From NCBI GenBank assembly GCA_965248355.1, contig OZ252098.1:3648001-3712000 (forward strand): a stretch of 64,000 nt of DNA, read 5' to 3'. Of the stretch, positions 30,270-40,539 are shown one piece after another. The notes under the pieces were generated by a model. That model made no database searches. It saw only the letters and a list, made by a program, of their open reading frames with translations, and was not told where the DNA came from. Positions within the stretch are counted from its first letter, which is position 1. Every line of letters starts with the position of its first letter. This DNA comes from Candidatus Latescibacterota bacterium. GTDB lineage: Bacteria > Latescibacterota > UBA2968 > UBA8231. Both the position numbers and the translations under genes were made by a program.

Positions 30270-32257
30270 CCCGGTCCGTCGACCTCGACGACCTCCTCGC
30301 CGACGGCGGGGAGGAGATCTACGAGGTGCGCTCCCGCGCTCCGGGACCGGCCGGGCGACTGAACCTCGACGAGCAGACGGTGATCGGCTCGCCGAGCGGC
30401 GACATCTTCGCCTACAGCCAGAACGCCGGCATGGGCTGGAATCCGGCCCATCTCGGGCGCAGCGAGTTCCTGATCGTCAGCACTCTGGGCGGCATCCGCG
30501 CCCCCGACGGCACCCCGGTGGCCCTCGGCTACCACACCGGCCACTGGGAGGTGGGCCTGCTCATGGAGGAGGCCGCCCGGGAGATCACCAGGCTCGGCGG
30601 CATTCCCTACGCGGCCTACTGCTCCGACCCGTGCGACGGCCGCTCCCAGGGCACCACCGGGATGTTCGACAGCCTGCCGTACCGCAACGACGCGGCCATC
30701 GTCATCCGGCGGCTGATCCGCTCCCTGCCCCGGCGGCGCGGGGTGATCGGCGTGGGCACCTGCGACAAGGGGCTGCCGGCGGTCCTGATCGCCCTGGCCG
30801 GCGCCCCGGGCCTGCCCGTCGTCGTCGTGCCCGGAGGCGTGACCCTGCCCCCGGAGCACGGCGAGGACGCCGGCAAGATCCAGTCGGTGGGGTCGCGCCT
30901 GGCCCGCGGCGAGATCACCATCGACGAGGTCAACGACCTCGGCTGCCGGGCCTGCGCCACGCCCGGGGGCGGCTGCCAGTTCCTCGGTACAGCGGCCACC
31001 TCCCAGGTCGTGGCCGAGGCCCTCGGCCTCACCCTCCCCCACGCGGCCCTGGCTCCCTCGGGCGAGCCGGTCTGGCGCGACATGGCCCTGCGCTCCGGAC
31101 GCGCCATCGTCGCCCTGGAGTCGCTCGGCCTCACCTCGGCAGACGTGCTGACCGAGGCCGCCGTCGAGAACGCCATGATCGTGCACGCCGCCTTCGGGGG
31201 TTCCACGAACCTGCTCCTGCACGTGCCGGCCATCGCTCACGCCGCGGGACTGCGGCGGCCAACCGTCGAGGATTGGGACCGCGTGAACCGCCAGGTTCCG
31301 AGGCTGGTCGACGTGCTGCCCAACGGTCCCATCAACCACCCGACGGTGCGCGTCTTCCTGGCCGGCGGCGTGCCGGAGGTCATGTTGCACCTGCGCGCCA
31401 TGGGGCTCCTCGACCTCGAGGTGATGACCGCCACGGGCCGCAGCCTGGGGGAGAACCTGGACTGGTGGGAGGCCAGCGAACGCCGGCGGCGGATGCGGGA
31501 CCTCCTGCAGGCCCTGGACGGGGTGGACGCCGCCGACGTGATCCACGACCCGGACGGCGCCCGCGCCAGGGGCCTGACCAGCACCGTCTGCTTTCCCACG
31601 GGCAACCTGGCGCCCGAGGGCTCGGTGGTGAAGAGCACGGCCATCGACCCGGGCCTGCTGGACGAGAACGGCGTCTATCGCCTGCGGGGGCCGGCCAGGA
31701 TGTTCACCACCGAGCGCGCCGCCATGGCGGCGATCAAGGAGGGCCGGATCGCGGCCGGCGAGATCCTGGTGCTGCTGTCCTGCGGTCCCCTGGGCACCGG
31801 CATGGAGGAGATCGCCCAGGTGACGATCGCGCTGAAGTACTGGGAGTCCGGCGGGCAGGTGGCCCTGCTCACGGACGCCCGGTTCTCCGGGTTCTCGAGC
31901 GGACCCTGCATCGGCCACGTGGGGCCCGAGGCGCTCGCCGGCGGGCCCCTCGGACGGCTGATCGAGGGCGACATTGTGGAGGTGTGGATCGACACCCGCA
32001 ACCTCAGGGGCCGCATCGACCTGGTGGGGCACGGAGAGGAGATCTTCGGGGCGGAAGAGGGCGAACGGGTGCTGGCCGGGCGCGATCTTCGTCCCGACCT
32101 GGCGCCCGAGGAGGAGCTGCCCGACGACACGCGCCTGTGGGCGGCCCTGCAGCAGGCCGGCGGCGGCACCTGGGGCGGTTGCGTCTACGACGCCGACGAG
32201 ATCGTGAAGCTTCTCGACGCGGGCCGGAAGGCGTTGAACGGCGGAGATTCTTCATGA
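30266..32257 (+). CDS. YjhG/YagF-family D-xylonate (sugar-acid) dehydratase, IlvD/Edd superfamily
   Basis: [76 protein letters not shown]. Confidence 0.9.
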   Translation: MTRSVDLDDLLADGGEEIYEVRSRAPGPAGRLNLDEQTVIGSPSGDIFAYSQNAGMGWNPAHLGRSEFLIVSTLGGIRAPDGTPVALGYHTGHWEVGLLMEEAAREITRLGGIPYAAYCSDPCDGRSQGTTGMFDSLPYRNDAAIVIRRLIRSLPRRRGVIGVGTCDKGLPAVLIALAGAPGLPVVVVPGGVTLPPEHGEDAGKIQSVGSRLARGEITIDEVNDLGCRACATPGGGCQFLGTAATSQVVAEALGLTLPHAALAPSGEPVWRDMALRSGRAIVALESLGLTSADVLTEAAVENAMIVHAAFGGSTNLLLHVPAIAHAAGLRRPTVEDWDRVNRQVPRLVDVLPNGPINHPTVRVFLAGGVPEVMLHLRAMGLLDLEVMTATGRSLGENLDWWEASERRRRMRDLLQALDGVDAADVIHDPDGARARGLTSTVCFPTGNLAPEGSVVKSTAIDPGLLDENGVYRLRGPARMFTTERAAMAAIKEGRIAAGEILVLLSCGPLGTGMEEIAQVTIALKYWESGGQVALLTDARFSGFSSGPCIGHVGPEALAGGPLGRLIEGDIVEVWIDTRNLRGRIDLVGHGEEIFGAEEGERVLAGRDLRPDLAPEEELPDDTRLWAALQQAGGGTWGGCVYDADEIVKLLDAGRKALNGGDSS

Positions 32258-32865
32258 AGGAGTCCAGGTCCTTCGTCGTCGGGGTGACGGGGGCCAGCGG
32301 CGCCCTGTACGGTCTGCGCACCCTGCGCGCCCTGCTGGCCTCCGGGCACCACGTGCATCTGGTGATCTCCCGGTACGGCCGCTACGTGATGCACGAGGAG
32401 CTCGGCTGGGAGCCCGACCGCGAGTCCTTCTTCGACTTCCTGGCTCGCGCGGCGGGGGAGGAGGTCCGGGCCGGGACCCTGGAGGAGCACGGCGTCAACG
32501 ACCTGACGCGGACCATCTCCTCCGGCTCGGCGCGCATGGACGGCATGGTGGTCGTGCCGTGCTCGGTCAAGACCCTGTCCGGCATCGCCCGCGGCGCCTC
32601 GTCCAACCTCATCGAGCGCTCCGCCGACGTGACCCTCAAGGAGCGGCGGCCCCTGGTGCTGGTGGTGCGGGAGACCCCGCTCAACCTGATCCAGTTGCGC
32701 AACCTCGTGGCCGTGGCCGAGGCCGGGGCGGCGGTGGTGCCGGCCATGCCGGCCTTCTATCAGAAGCCGGAGACCTTCGACGACCTCGGGGACTTCATCG
32801 CCGGCCGGGTCCTCGGCCTTCTGGGGCTGGACCACGACCTGTTCGCGCGCTGGGAGGGCGGATAG
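32254..32865 (+). CDS. ubiX: Flavin prenyltransferase (UbiX/MqnM)
   Basis: [47 protein letters not shown]. Confidence 0.93.
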   Translation: MKESRSFVVGVTGASGALYGLRTLRALLASGHHVHLVISRYGRYVMHEELGWEPDRESFFDFLARAAGEEVRAGTLEEHGVNDLTRTISSGSARMDGMVVVPCSVKTLSGIARGASSNLIERSADVTLKERRPLVLVVRETPLNLIQLRNLVAVAEAGAAVVPAMPAFYQKPETFDDLGDFIAGRVLGLLGLDHDLFARWEGG

Positions 32866-32998
32866 AAATAGGTGCGCCGGACGGTCTCGGGGAGCGGACC
32901 GCCCGGCGCGGCCCGGGGCCGGGGGACGGCCGCCGGGATCGTTCCCGGGCGGGCGGGGAGGTCGCACGGCCCGGGTACGAGTGTCGGCTATCCCTATG

Positions 32999-33013
32999 GC
33001 AACGGCTGTGCCA
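32999..33013 (-). promoter_or_regulatory. Orphan sigma54 promoter consensus
   Basis: Minus strand TGGCAC-AGCCG-TTGC, with the same TTTGGCAC context as the 22892 site. Confidence 0.55.
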
Positions 33014-33128
33014 AAGCATCATGTGGTATCAGCGATCGGGACGGACCACCATATGCCGGGTCCCGAACCCCTGTCCGGTGCCACGCCCGGAGGAAAAGGC
33101 TGCCGCCAGCGGGAAGGGGTTTCCGGTG

Positions 33129-34220
33129 CTACCGGGAGGGCTTCACCGTGGAGGCCGGCACCGGCCGGGACCGCTGGTACCACTGGAGCAGCACCTTCTC
33201 GGCGGGCTTGCCCACAGGGGTGAATCCTCCATTGGCCTCACCGCCCCGCCGCGGGTCGGAGTGCCATTTCCACCAGTACATGCCGTGGAACCAGGGGCGC
33301 TCCCAGAACGCCTCAAGCACGGCCTGGTAGCAGCGGGCCTGCTCCTCCATGGACACGGTCGCCTCCTGGCCGCGCGTCCACTCCCACGGCCTCAGGCTGG
33401 CGCCGCTCACCGACTTGAACCCGATCTCCGTGAGCAGCACCGGGCGCCCGGTGAGCCGGTGGAATCGCTCGATCTCTCCCGCCACCCGGTCCGCGCCGGC
33501 GCGCAGCTGCTCGAGGGTGGGGTCCGGCGCCTCGGCGAGGGGGAAGAAGGCGTTGATGCCGATGTAGTCGAGGGCGCCCCAGAACTCGATCTGGTCGTAC
33601 TCCTCCCACCAGTTCGCCGCGTACGTCAGCGGCCCCGGGTACGCCTGACGCACGCGCGCGACCAGCCGGCGCCAGTCCGCCGGCCGCTCCCGGGCGGCGC
33701 GGGACAGCTCGACGCCGATGCAGAAGATCTCCGCGTTCTCCTGCGCCGCGATCCGGGCGTAGTGCAGGATGAAGCTCTCGTAGTGGCTCCACCACTGCTG
33801 CCAGCCCTCCTCCGAGTCCATGCCGATGGTCCCTCGCCAGTGCTGGCTGCTCTGCCGCCGCACCCAGACGTGGGGCTTGACCATGACCTTGAAGCCGAGC
33901 CGGTGGGCCTCGCGGATGCCGTGGCGCAGGTGGTCGTCGGGCGGATCCCTCCCGAAGAGCAGGAGCGGATCCTCGACCGTCTTCTGGTAGGCGAATGGAT
34001 TGAGGGCGATCCACTCGGCGTTGACCCGGCGGAGGGATTTCAGCGAGGCCGAGGAGGCCGGCGACATCAGGTCGTCGTCACGGCCGTAGCCATGGGTGAA
34101 GGTCATGCCCTTCTGAAAGACGGGCCGGTTCGCCGAAGGCTGGGCCTTCAGGGGCAGGGCGCCGGCGAGGCAGACCCAGGCCAGGAGCCGGACCACCGGG
34201 TGCCAGCCGGCGCCGCTCAC
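33129..34220 (-). CDS. Secreted glycoside hydrolase, GH113-like TIM barrel
   Basis: GTG start and signal peptide. QKGMTF, KVMVKPHVW, FCIGVEL, LTYAANW, DYIGINAFFPL, LTEIGF, GMYWWKW. Confidence 0.8.
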   Translation of the reverse strand: MSGAGWHPVVRLLAWVCLAGALPLKAQPSANRPVFQKGMTFTHGYGRDDDLMSPASSASLKSLRRVNAEWIALNPFAYQKTVEDPLLLFGRDPPDDHLRHGIREAHRLGFKVMVKPHVWVRRQSSQHWRGTIGMDSEEGWQQWWSHYESFILHYARIAAQENAEIFCIGVELSRAARERPADWRRLVARVRQAYPGPLTYAANWWEEYDQIEFWGALDYIGINAFFPLAEAPDPTLEQLRAGADRVAGEIERFHRLTGRPVLLTEIGFKSVSGASLRPWEWTRGQEATVSMEEQARCYQAVLEAFWERPWFHGMYWWKWHSDPRRGGEANGGFTPVGKPAEKVLLQWYQRSRPVPASTVKPSR

Positions 34221-35662
34221 CGAAGCAGCCCCTTCAGCCGGTCGGTGCGCGAGACCTTGGGCAGGTACCCCTGCAGGCCGCCCTCGCGGCTCGGGACCGC
34301 CCGGCAGACCGGGTGGCCGTCGTAGAAGCAGATGACTTCGCCTGCCGGCGGCGACGCCAGCGCCACGTGGTCCCCGCGGAACAGACCGGCCACCTGGGGC
34401 CAGGAGAGATCCACTCGCCGCTCCCGGACCTGGTGCCCCCAGAGAGCCACGGCCTGCTGGGACAGGTAGACGGCCCCCTTGTGCAGGCCGGCCACGCGCA
34501 GGCCGGCGCGCACGAACCACGGAAGAACCCCCGCGAGCCGGGCCGCCCCCGCCGGCCTCAGGTGGAGGTGGCGCCGGCCGGCGACCAGCTCCTGGCCGGG
34601 CGGGATCCCGGGCGCAAAGCCCCACCGCTCGCGGATGGTCTCCGCCACGCCCCCGGGGTCCGGGTGCCGCGGGGGCTCCGCCAGCACGGTCCCCGCGTCG
34701 CCAGCCACCAGCTTCCAGTCGGTGCGTCCCCGCTTGCCAAGGGCTGCCACGAAGGCCCCCTCCGTCGCGTGCACATGGGGCCACACGCGGGCGCAGCGGC
34801 CGAAGCGGGCCGGATAGCGGGCGGCCGCCTCGGGCGCGAGACCGGAGGACTCCACCCCGTCTACCGGCTCGAGGTCGACGAGATCCCCGTACCTCTTCAC
34901 CAGGCCGAGCAGGACGTCCTCGTTCTCCTCCGTCGACAGCGAGCAGGTCGAGTACACCAGACGCCCCCCGGGCCGCAGCATGTGAAAGGCGGCCCTCAGG
35001 AGGCCGACCTGCTGCACGCTCTTGCGGCGGGCGTCCTCGGGCGACCAGTAGGCGAGCATGTGCCGGTCCTTGCACAGGATGCCGTCGCCGGAGCAGGGGG
35101 CGTCCAGCAGGACCCGGTCGAAGACGTTGTGGAACCAGCGCGCCATCATCGCTCCGGGGGCCGCGGTGACCAGGGTGTTGTGGGCACCGCAGCGCTCGAG
35201 GTGGCCCACGAGGGCCGGCAGGCGCCCGGGGTGGGGCTCGTTGGCGACCAGGAGCCCGGTGTTTCCGAGGGCGGCGGCGATCTGCGTCGCCTTGCCGCCG
35301 GGGGCGGCGGCCAGGTCGAGGACGAGCTGACCCGGGCGGGGATCGAGGACGGCGGCGGCGAGAGTGGTGGCCTTCGCCTGAACGTACAGCCCCCCGAGGC
35401 GGTATTCCAGGCTGTGGCCCACGGCGCCGGACAGGGCCGACGGGAGGGTGAAGGCATCGGAGAACCAGGGCACCGGCCGGGCCTTTTCCGCCAGGGGTCC
35501 GCGCAGGCGCTCCGCCGCCGGCAGCAGGGGATTGAGCCGTACGCAGGTGGAAGGCTCGGCGACCATGGCGGCGCGGAAGGCGCGGGACTCCCCCGGGTGG
35601 GGAAGCAGGCGCTCCAGGTGGGCCAGAAGCGCCTCCTGGCGCTCTCCCCAGTCACGCTCCAT
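34217..35662 (-). CDS. RsmB/RsmF(NOP2)-family rRNA m5C methyltransferase, RsmF-like
   Basis: VLDLAAAPGGKATQ, ANEP, FDRVLLDAPCSGDG, LVYSTCSLSTEENE. Confidence 0.88.
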   Translation of the reverse strand: MERDWGERQEALLAHLERLLPHPGESRAFRAAMVAEPSTCVRLNPLLPAAERLRGPLAEKARPVPWFSDAFTLPSALSGAVGHSLEYRLGGLYVQAKATTLAAAVLDPRPGQLVLDLAAAPGGKATQIAAALGNTGLLVANEPHPGRLPALVGHLERCGAHNTLVTAAPGAMMARWFHNVFDRVLLDAPCSGDGILCKDRHMLAYWSPEDARRKSVQQVGLLRAAFHMLRPGGRLVYSTCSLSTEENEDVLLGLVKRYGDLVDLEPVDGVESSGLAPEAAARYPARFGRCARVWPHVHATEGAFVAALGKRGRTDWKLVAGDAGTVLAEPPRHPDPGGVAETIRERWGFAPGIPPGQELVAGRRHLHLRPAGAARLAGVLPWFVRAGLRVAGLHKGAVYLSQQAVALWGHQVRERRVDLSWPQVAGLFRGDHVALASPPAGEVICFYDGHPVCRAVPSREGGLQGYLPKVSRTDRLKGLLR

Positions 35663-35781
35663 GGACCTTCGGCCGGAACCTTCTTTGCACATCCCCCGAG
35701 TTGTCCCGTTATTCCTCCGTGACGCGCACCCCACGCGCGACGCTTAATAACCGCCCTCTCTCAGAATCAGCAAGGACCCCG

Positions 35782-36480
35782 TTGGCAGCCGGCGATACCT
35801 GGATCGTCAGCGACCTCCATCTGGGAAGCGTCTACTTCCGCCACGAGAACTTCCTTCGTTTTCTGCGCGAGATGCCGGACGGGGTGCGCCTGATCCTCAA
35901 CGGCGACACGATCGACGACCCGGCCGATCCACTGCCGGCCGAGCACAAGCAGGTGCTGCACCGGCTGGTGGAGGAGTCGGACAGGCGTTCCGTGGTCTTC
36001 GTCTACGGGAACCACGACCAGGGCTTCGGCCTCGACCAACCCGGCCGGATCGAGTTCGTGCAACAGCTGACCGTGGACGGACGACTCCTGGTCGTGCACG
36101 GCGACAAGCTCGACGGAGTGATGCCTCGCCATTCCTGGTTCGTGGCCGCCTTCAGGCGCTTCCACCGGTTGCTCGTCCGCCTCGGACTGAAAGACGTCCA
36201 CGTGGCCCAATACGCAAAGAACTGGGGTTTCCTGTACCGGGTGCTCAACCAGCACGTCGCCCACCGGGCCCTGGCCGCGGCCCGGGCCGAGGGCCTGGAG
36301 GCGGTCACCTGTGGTCACACCCATGCTCCCATGGAGCTGCAGCGCGAGGGGCGGCGCTACCTGAATACGGGGGCATGGACGGAAGAGCCCCACCATTACG
36401 TCGCGGTCTCGGGCGGGCAGATCGACCTCAGGGTGTATTCGAATGGGGTACCCCGGCCTGGTGACCGTTCTCCCGTCTGA
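35782..36480 (+). CDS. Calcineurin-like metallophosphoesterase (LpxH-like UDP-2,3-diacylglucosamine hydrolase)
   Basis: SDLHLG, LNGD, GNHD, VHGD, CGHTH, YLNTGAW. TTG start after AAGGA. Confidence 0.8.
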   Translation: MAAGDTWIVSDLHLGSVYFRHENFLRFLREMPDGVRLILNGDTIDDPADPLPAEHKQVLHRLVEESDRRSVVFVYGNHDQGFGLDQPGRIEFVQQLTVDGRLLVVHGDKLDGVMPRHSWFVAAFRRFHRLLVRLGLKDVHVAQYAKNWGFLYRVLNQHVAHRALAAARAEGLEAVTCGHTHAPMELQREGRRYLNTGAWTEEPHHYVAVSGGQIDLRVYSNGVPRPGDRSPV

Positions 36481-38746
36481 CCGGCGCGGCTCCGGCCCCC
36501 GGCTTCCCGAGGCATCGCGGGCGTTGTTGCTCGCCCTGCTTTCCACTTCGTCCGCGTTCGCCCAACCCGCGCCGCTCCGCTGGCCCCTCGACCTGAAGCC
36601 GGCGGCCCTCTCCTCCACCTTCGGCGAGACCCGGAGCGCCTCCTTCCACGCCGGAGTAGACCTGAAGACCTGGGGCAAGACCGGGTTCCGCGTGCACGCC
36701 GTGGCGGATGGATGGGTGGAGCGGTTGCGGGCCAGCCCCTGGGGATACGGGCGCGCCCTGTACCAGCGGCTCGACGACGGCCGGGTCGTCGTGTACGGGC
36801 ACCTGGAGAGGTTCTTCGAGCCCGCCGCCGAGCGGGTGCGCGCCGAGCAGCGGCGCACTCGCCAATACACCGTCGATCTCTGGCTGAAGAAGGGGGACAT
36901 CCGGGTCCGCCGGGGTCAGGCGATCGCCTGGTCCGGACAGAGCGGGGCCGGCCCGCCCCACCTGCACCTGGAGATCCGCGACTCCGGGAACGCGCCCGTG
37001 AACCCCCTTCTCCAGGGGATCGGCCCCGTGGCGGACACGACCCCACCGCTGCTGCGGGGGCTGGTGCTCATGCCGGTCGGCCCCGCCTCGACCGTGGACG
37101 GGGGCTACGTCCACAGGCTGGTGCCGCTGCGTGGAGGCTCCACTCCCGGCCGCTTCTCCGGGCGGGAGGTGTGGGCCTGGGGGCGGATCGGGGTCGGGGT
37201 GGATTCCCACGACCGGGCCGACGAGGCCCCGAACAAGCTCGCTCCCCTGGTGCACGAGTTGCACGTGGACGGCCAACGGATCCTGCGCGCCAGCTACCGC
37301 CGCTTCACCTACGCGGACCGGCACCAGGTGGCCCTCGACCGTCAGCGCTTCGAAGGCGGTGGGCCGGTCTACGCTCTGCTGTTCCGCCGGCCCGGCAACC
37401 GGCTGTCCTTCTACGAGACCGGCGGCGGCGACGGCACCGTGACCTGTGGTCCAGGAGGCCTGGAGGCGGGTGCGCACCGGCTCGAGGTGCGGGCGAGCGA
37501 CGCGGCGGGAAACGAGAGCCGGGCCATGCTGAGCCTGCATTGCGCGCCTCCGCCGCGGATCCGCTGGGCCCGGCTGACGGAATCGGCCGAGGGCCGCTTC
37601 CTGGACGCGGACATGACCCTGGACGGGAAGGGCCGGCTTGCCGTCAGGCTGTCGCGCTCGCCGGACGGTGCGAACTGGAAGGAGGTTCTGGACGGCCAGG
37701 TACCGGCCAGCGACGGCCCCTTCACCTGGGAGCTGCCGGACCGGTCTCCGTTCTGGCGGCTCTCGGTGCAGGCCGGTGATGGCGCGCCGGAAGTCCTGGT
37801 CCTGGCCGCGGCTGGTGCGGGCAACGTCCCCACACGTCCTCTGGCGCTGCAGGCCACGGCCGAGGCCCGGCCCCTGCACACCCTGATCGAGATCCAGTCC
37901 GGGGAACCGCTGTCCGGCCTTCCCGTCGTCGAGGTCCCAGGGTCGAAGGCGTGGGTCCCCGTCCGGCAGGTAGGCGACCGGAGCTATCGAGCGCTCATCC
38001 CCCTGCCGGGGCCGGAAGTGCACCCGGTCCCCGTCCGGGTCACCGCCCGCGACGCCCGAGGCCGCCTGTCTCAGCAGGATCTGGCCCTATCCGGCCAGCG
38101 GCTTCGGCCCGGGGCGGGAGGGACCCTGCGCTACTTGGAGGACCAGGTGCGGCTCCAGGCCTCGGCGGGCTCGGCCTATCGGACGCTGGCTCCCCAGGCC
38201 CGGCGGTTCACCCCGCAGGCGTCCAAGGGGCTGCGCGCGACCGATCTCGGCTGCCGGCTCGGTCCTGCCGACGCCGCCTTCGACGAGCCTGTCCGGTTGT
38301 GGCTGCAGGTCCCGGCCGGCGTGCCGGTCGAACGCGCCGCCGTCTACTCGGACAACGGCCGGGGGCGCTGGGTGTTCCGAGGCCGGGAGCAGGCGGCGGG
38401 GGGGCGCTACCTGACGGCGACCGTGCGCGCTCTCGGGAGATTCGCGCTCATGGTCGACGAAACGCCTCCGGAGGTGAGCGGTGTGCAGCCGGCACAGGGC
38501 TCGTCCGTTGCGGCGCCGCGCTTCTCGGCGCGGATCCTCGACGGGGGCTCCGGCATCGGGCGAGAGAGAGACGTGGTCCTCGAGCTCGACGGGGTCCGGC
38601 TCGTCTCGGAGTACGATCCGGAGGCGGCCCGCGTCATCGCGGAGCCCGACGGCCCCCTCGCAGCGGGGCCCCACAAACTCGTGATCACGGTGCGCGACCG
38701 GGCCGCCAACGAGACCCGGCGCGAGGTCACCTTCACCTCTCGGTAG
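36443..38746 (+). CDS. M23-family metallopeptidase with C-terminal Ig-like domains
   Basis: SSTFGETRSASFHAGVDLKT (HxxxD), YGHL, PHLHLEIRD (HxH). Confidence 0.85.
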   Translation: MGYPGLVTVLPSDRRGSGPRLPEASRALLLALLSTSSAFAQPAPLRWPLDLKPAALSSTFGETRSASFHAGVDLKTWGKTGFRVHAVADGWVERLRASPWGYGRALYQRLDDGRVVVYGHLERFFEPAAERVRAEQRRTRQYTVDLWLKKGDIRVRRGQAIAWSGQSGAGPPHLHLEIRDSGNAPVNPLLQGIGPVADTTPPLLRGLVLMPVGPASTVDGGYVHRLVPLRGGSTPGRFSGREVWAWGRIGVGVDSHDRADEAPNKLAPLVHELHVDGQRILRASYRRFTYADRHQVALDRQRFEGGGPVYALLFRRPGNRLSFYETGGGDGTVTCGPGGLEAGAHRLEVRASDAAGNESRAMLSLHCAPPPRIRWARLTESAEGRFLDADMTLDGKGRLAVRLSRSPDGANWKEVLDGQVPASDGPFTWELPDRSPFWRLSVQAGDGAPEVLVLAAAGAGNVPTRPLALQATAEARPLHTLIEIQSGEPLSGLPVVEVPGSKAWVPVRQVGDRSYRALIPLPGPEVHPVPVRVTARDARGRLSQQDLALSGQRLRPGAGGTLRYLEDQVRLQASAGSAYRTLAPQARRFTPQASKGLRATDLGCRLGPADAAFDEPVRLWLQVPAGVPVERAAVYSDNGRGRWVFRGREQAAGGRYLTATVRALGRFALMVDETPPEVSGVQPAQGSSVAAPRFSARILDGGSGIGRERDVVLELDGVRLVSEYDPEAARVIAEPDGPLAAGPHKLVITVRDRAANETRREVTFTSR

Positions 38747-39557
38747 AGAGACCTTCCCGGGGCCGGTCTTCCACCCTTCGGATCAGATCGCGCGCGACTT
38801 CGCGCAAGGCCAGGGCGGCCGGGGAGTCGGGATGCGAGGCCACGGTGGGCGTGCCTTCGTCGGCATCGGTGCGCAGGTGTGGGTCGAGGGGGATCTCGCC
38901 GAGGAAGGGGATATCGCGTTGCGCAGCGGCGGCCGCCCCGCCGCCGTGCCCGTAGGGGTGGCTGGCGCGGCCGCAGGTCGAGCACTGGAAAGTGGACATG
39001 TTCTCGAGCAGGCCGAGAATCGGGACCTCGGTCTGGCGGAACATCTGGACGCCCCGGGCCACGTCCTCCAGGGCCAGGGTCGACGGCGTGGTGACGATGA
39101 CGGCCCCGGTGAGGGGCGCCGTCTGGGTCAGGGTGAGCTGCACGTCGCCGGTGCCGGGAGGCAGGTCGAGAAGGAGGATGTCGAGCTGCCCCCATTCGAC
39201 CCAGAACAGGAACTGGGTGACCATCTTGGCCAGCATGGGGCCCCGCCAGATGACCGGAACCCCGGCGTCGACGAGCAGTCCCATGGAGATGACTCGCACG
39301 CCGCCGGCCTCGGCCGGCTGGATGCGCTGGGTGCCCGGAACGACCCCGGCGCGGCCGGATACGCCGAGCATGCCGGGTATGTTCGGGCCGTAGATGTCGG
39401 TATCCATCAGACCCACGCGCCGGCCCTCGGCGGCCATGGCCACGGCCAGGTTGGCGCTCACCGTGGACTTGCCCACACCGCCCTTGCCGCTCGACACGGC
39501 GAGCATATCTTTCACGCCTTCAACGATTTGACGATTGTGGGTCTGGACTTGAGTCAT
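38733..39557 (-). CDS. mrp: Mrp/ApbC Fe-S cluster carrier ATPase
   Basis: SGKGGVGKST, DTDIYGP, WRGPM, DLPPGTGD, ENMS..CSTC. Confidence 0.92.
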   Translation of the reverse strand: MTQVQTHNRQIVEGVKDMLAVSSGKGGVGKSTVSANLAVAMAAEGRRVGLMDTDIYGPNIPGMLGVSGRAGVVPGTQRIQPAEAGGVRVISMGLLVDAGVPVIWRGPMLAKMVTQFLFWVEWGQLDILLLDLPPGTGDVQLTLTQTAPLTGAVIVTTPSTLALEDVARGVQMFRQTEVPILGLLENMSTFQCSTCGRASHPYGHGGGAAAAAQRDIPFLGEIPLDPHLRTDADEGTPTVASHPDSPAALALREVARDLIRRVEDRPREGLSTER

Positions 39558-39583
39558 CCCTTCCACCGCCGGGGAATATCCCT

Positions 39584-40441
39584 TTGAGCCGGGGACGTGG
39601 CAAGACGTTCCGGCCGTTGGCCGTGATCCTGGGTCTGCTGACCCTGTGCGTCCTTTGGACGGCCTGCACCAGCGTCTCCCAGATGAAGAAGCGCTACGAT
39701 GCGGGAGACGAGGGCCAGTACGGCAGGATCCTGGAGGTGGCCGGCCGCCCCGACTATCCGTATGCCACCCGCAAGAACGCGGTCAAGGCCCTCGGGGAGA
39801 TCGGCGATCCCCGGGCCGTTCCCACCCTGATCAGCACACTGCGCGAGCTGACGCAGCGCACCACCCTGCAGCAGGAGGCCATGATCGCCCTCGGACGCAT
39901 CGGTGATCCCTCGGCCGTCACCGAGATCGGGCGCCTCCTCGACCGCAGCCTGACCAGTTCCGGCGACGAACTGCGGCTGGTGGCCATTCAGGTGCTCGGT
40001 CAGCTCGGCGGGACCGAGGCGGCCGAGATCCTGCTCAACGCCTTGTCCTACTATGATCGCGCCATGCTGATTGCCGAGAGCCGGAGCCTGAAAGGGGTGT
40101 TCACCGGCGACGAGCAGAGCCTCCGCGCCCTGCAGGACTCCCTGCGTCGGCCCCTCGGGCTTACCGGCCAGGGCCCGGGCCTGTTCCCTGGTCAGCAGGG
40201 CCCCGTGGGCGGCCTGTTCGGTCCCGGCACCGGCCTCCCGCAGCAGAGGATGGAGGACACGACTCCCAAGGAGCGGGACCTCGCCCACGAGTCGCTGGTG
40301 CGGGTCGGCGACCCGGCCCTGGCCGTGATCGAGCAGCACATGGCGCAGCGCGAGACCACGGTCACCCTGCGCAACGAGTTGGTCGAGATCCTCGAGCAGA
40401 TCCGCCTGGACACCGGCTCCGCCCCCGGTGAATCCGGTTGA
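39584..40441 (+). CDS. HEAT-repeat lipoprotein
   Basis: Lipobox WTA|C. Repeats AVKALGEIGDPRAV, AMIALGRIGDPSAV, AIQVLGQLGG. Confidence 0.75.
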   Translation: MSRGRGKTFRPLAVILGLLTLCVLWTACTSVSQMKKRYDAGDEGQYGRILEVAGRPDYPYATRKNAVKALGEIGDPRAVPTLISTLRELTQRTTLQQEAMIALGRIGDPSAVTEIGRLLDRSLTSSGDELRLVAIQVLGQLGGTEAAEILLNALSYYDRAMLIAESRSLKGVFTGDEQSLRALQDSLRRPLGLTGQGPGLFPGQQGPVGGLFGPGTGLPQQRMEDTTPKERDLAHESLVRVGDPALAVIEQHMAQRETTVTLRNELVEILEQIRLDTGSAPGESG

Positions 40442-40539
40442 CTTCTCCCGGGTCGCCGGATATTTTCTCGCGTCTTTTGTTCGCTGGCGGGGCACCCTCC
40501 TCTCGCCGTCCCGCTCGGTAGCCTTCTCTCCGACCTTCA

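Noticed and set aside
32185..32967. Protein driven by the orphan sigma54 promoter
   Set aside because: The ORF is antisense to ubiX, low-complexity, and has no RBS.
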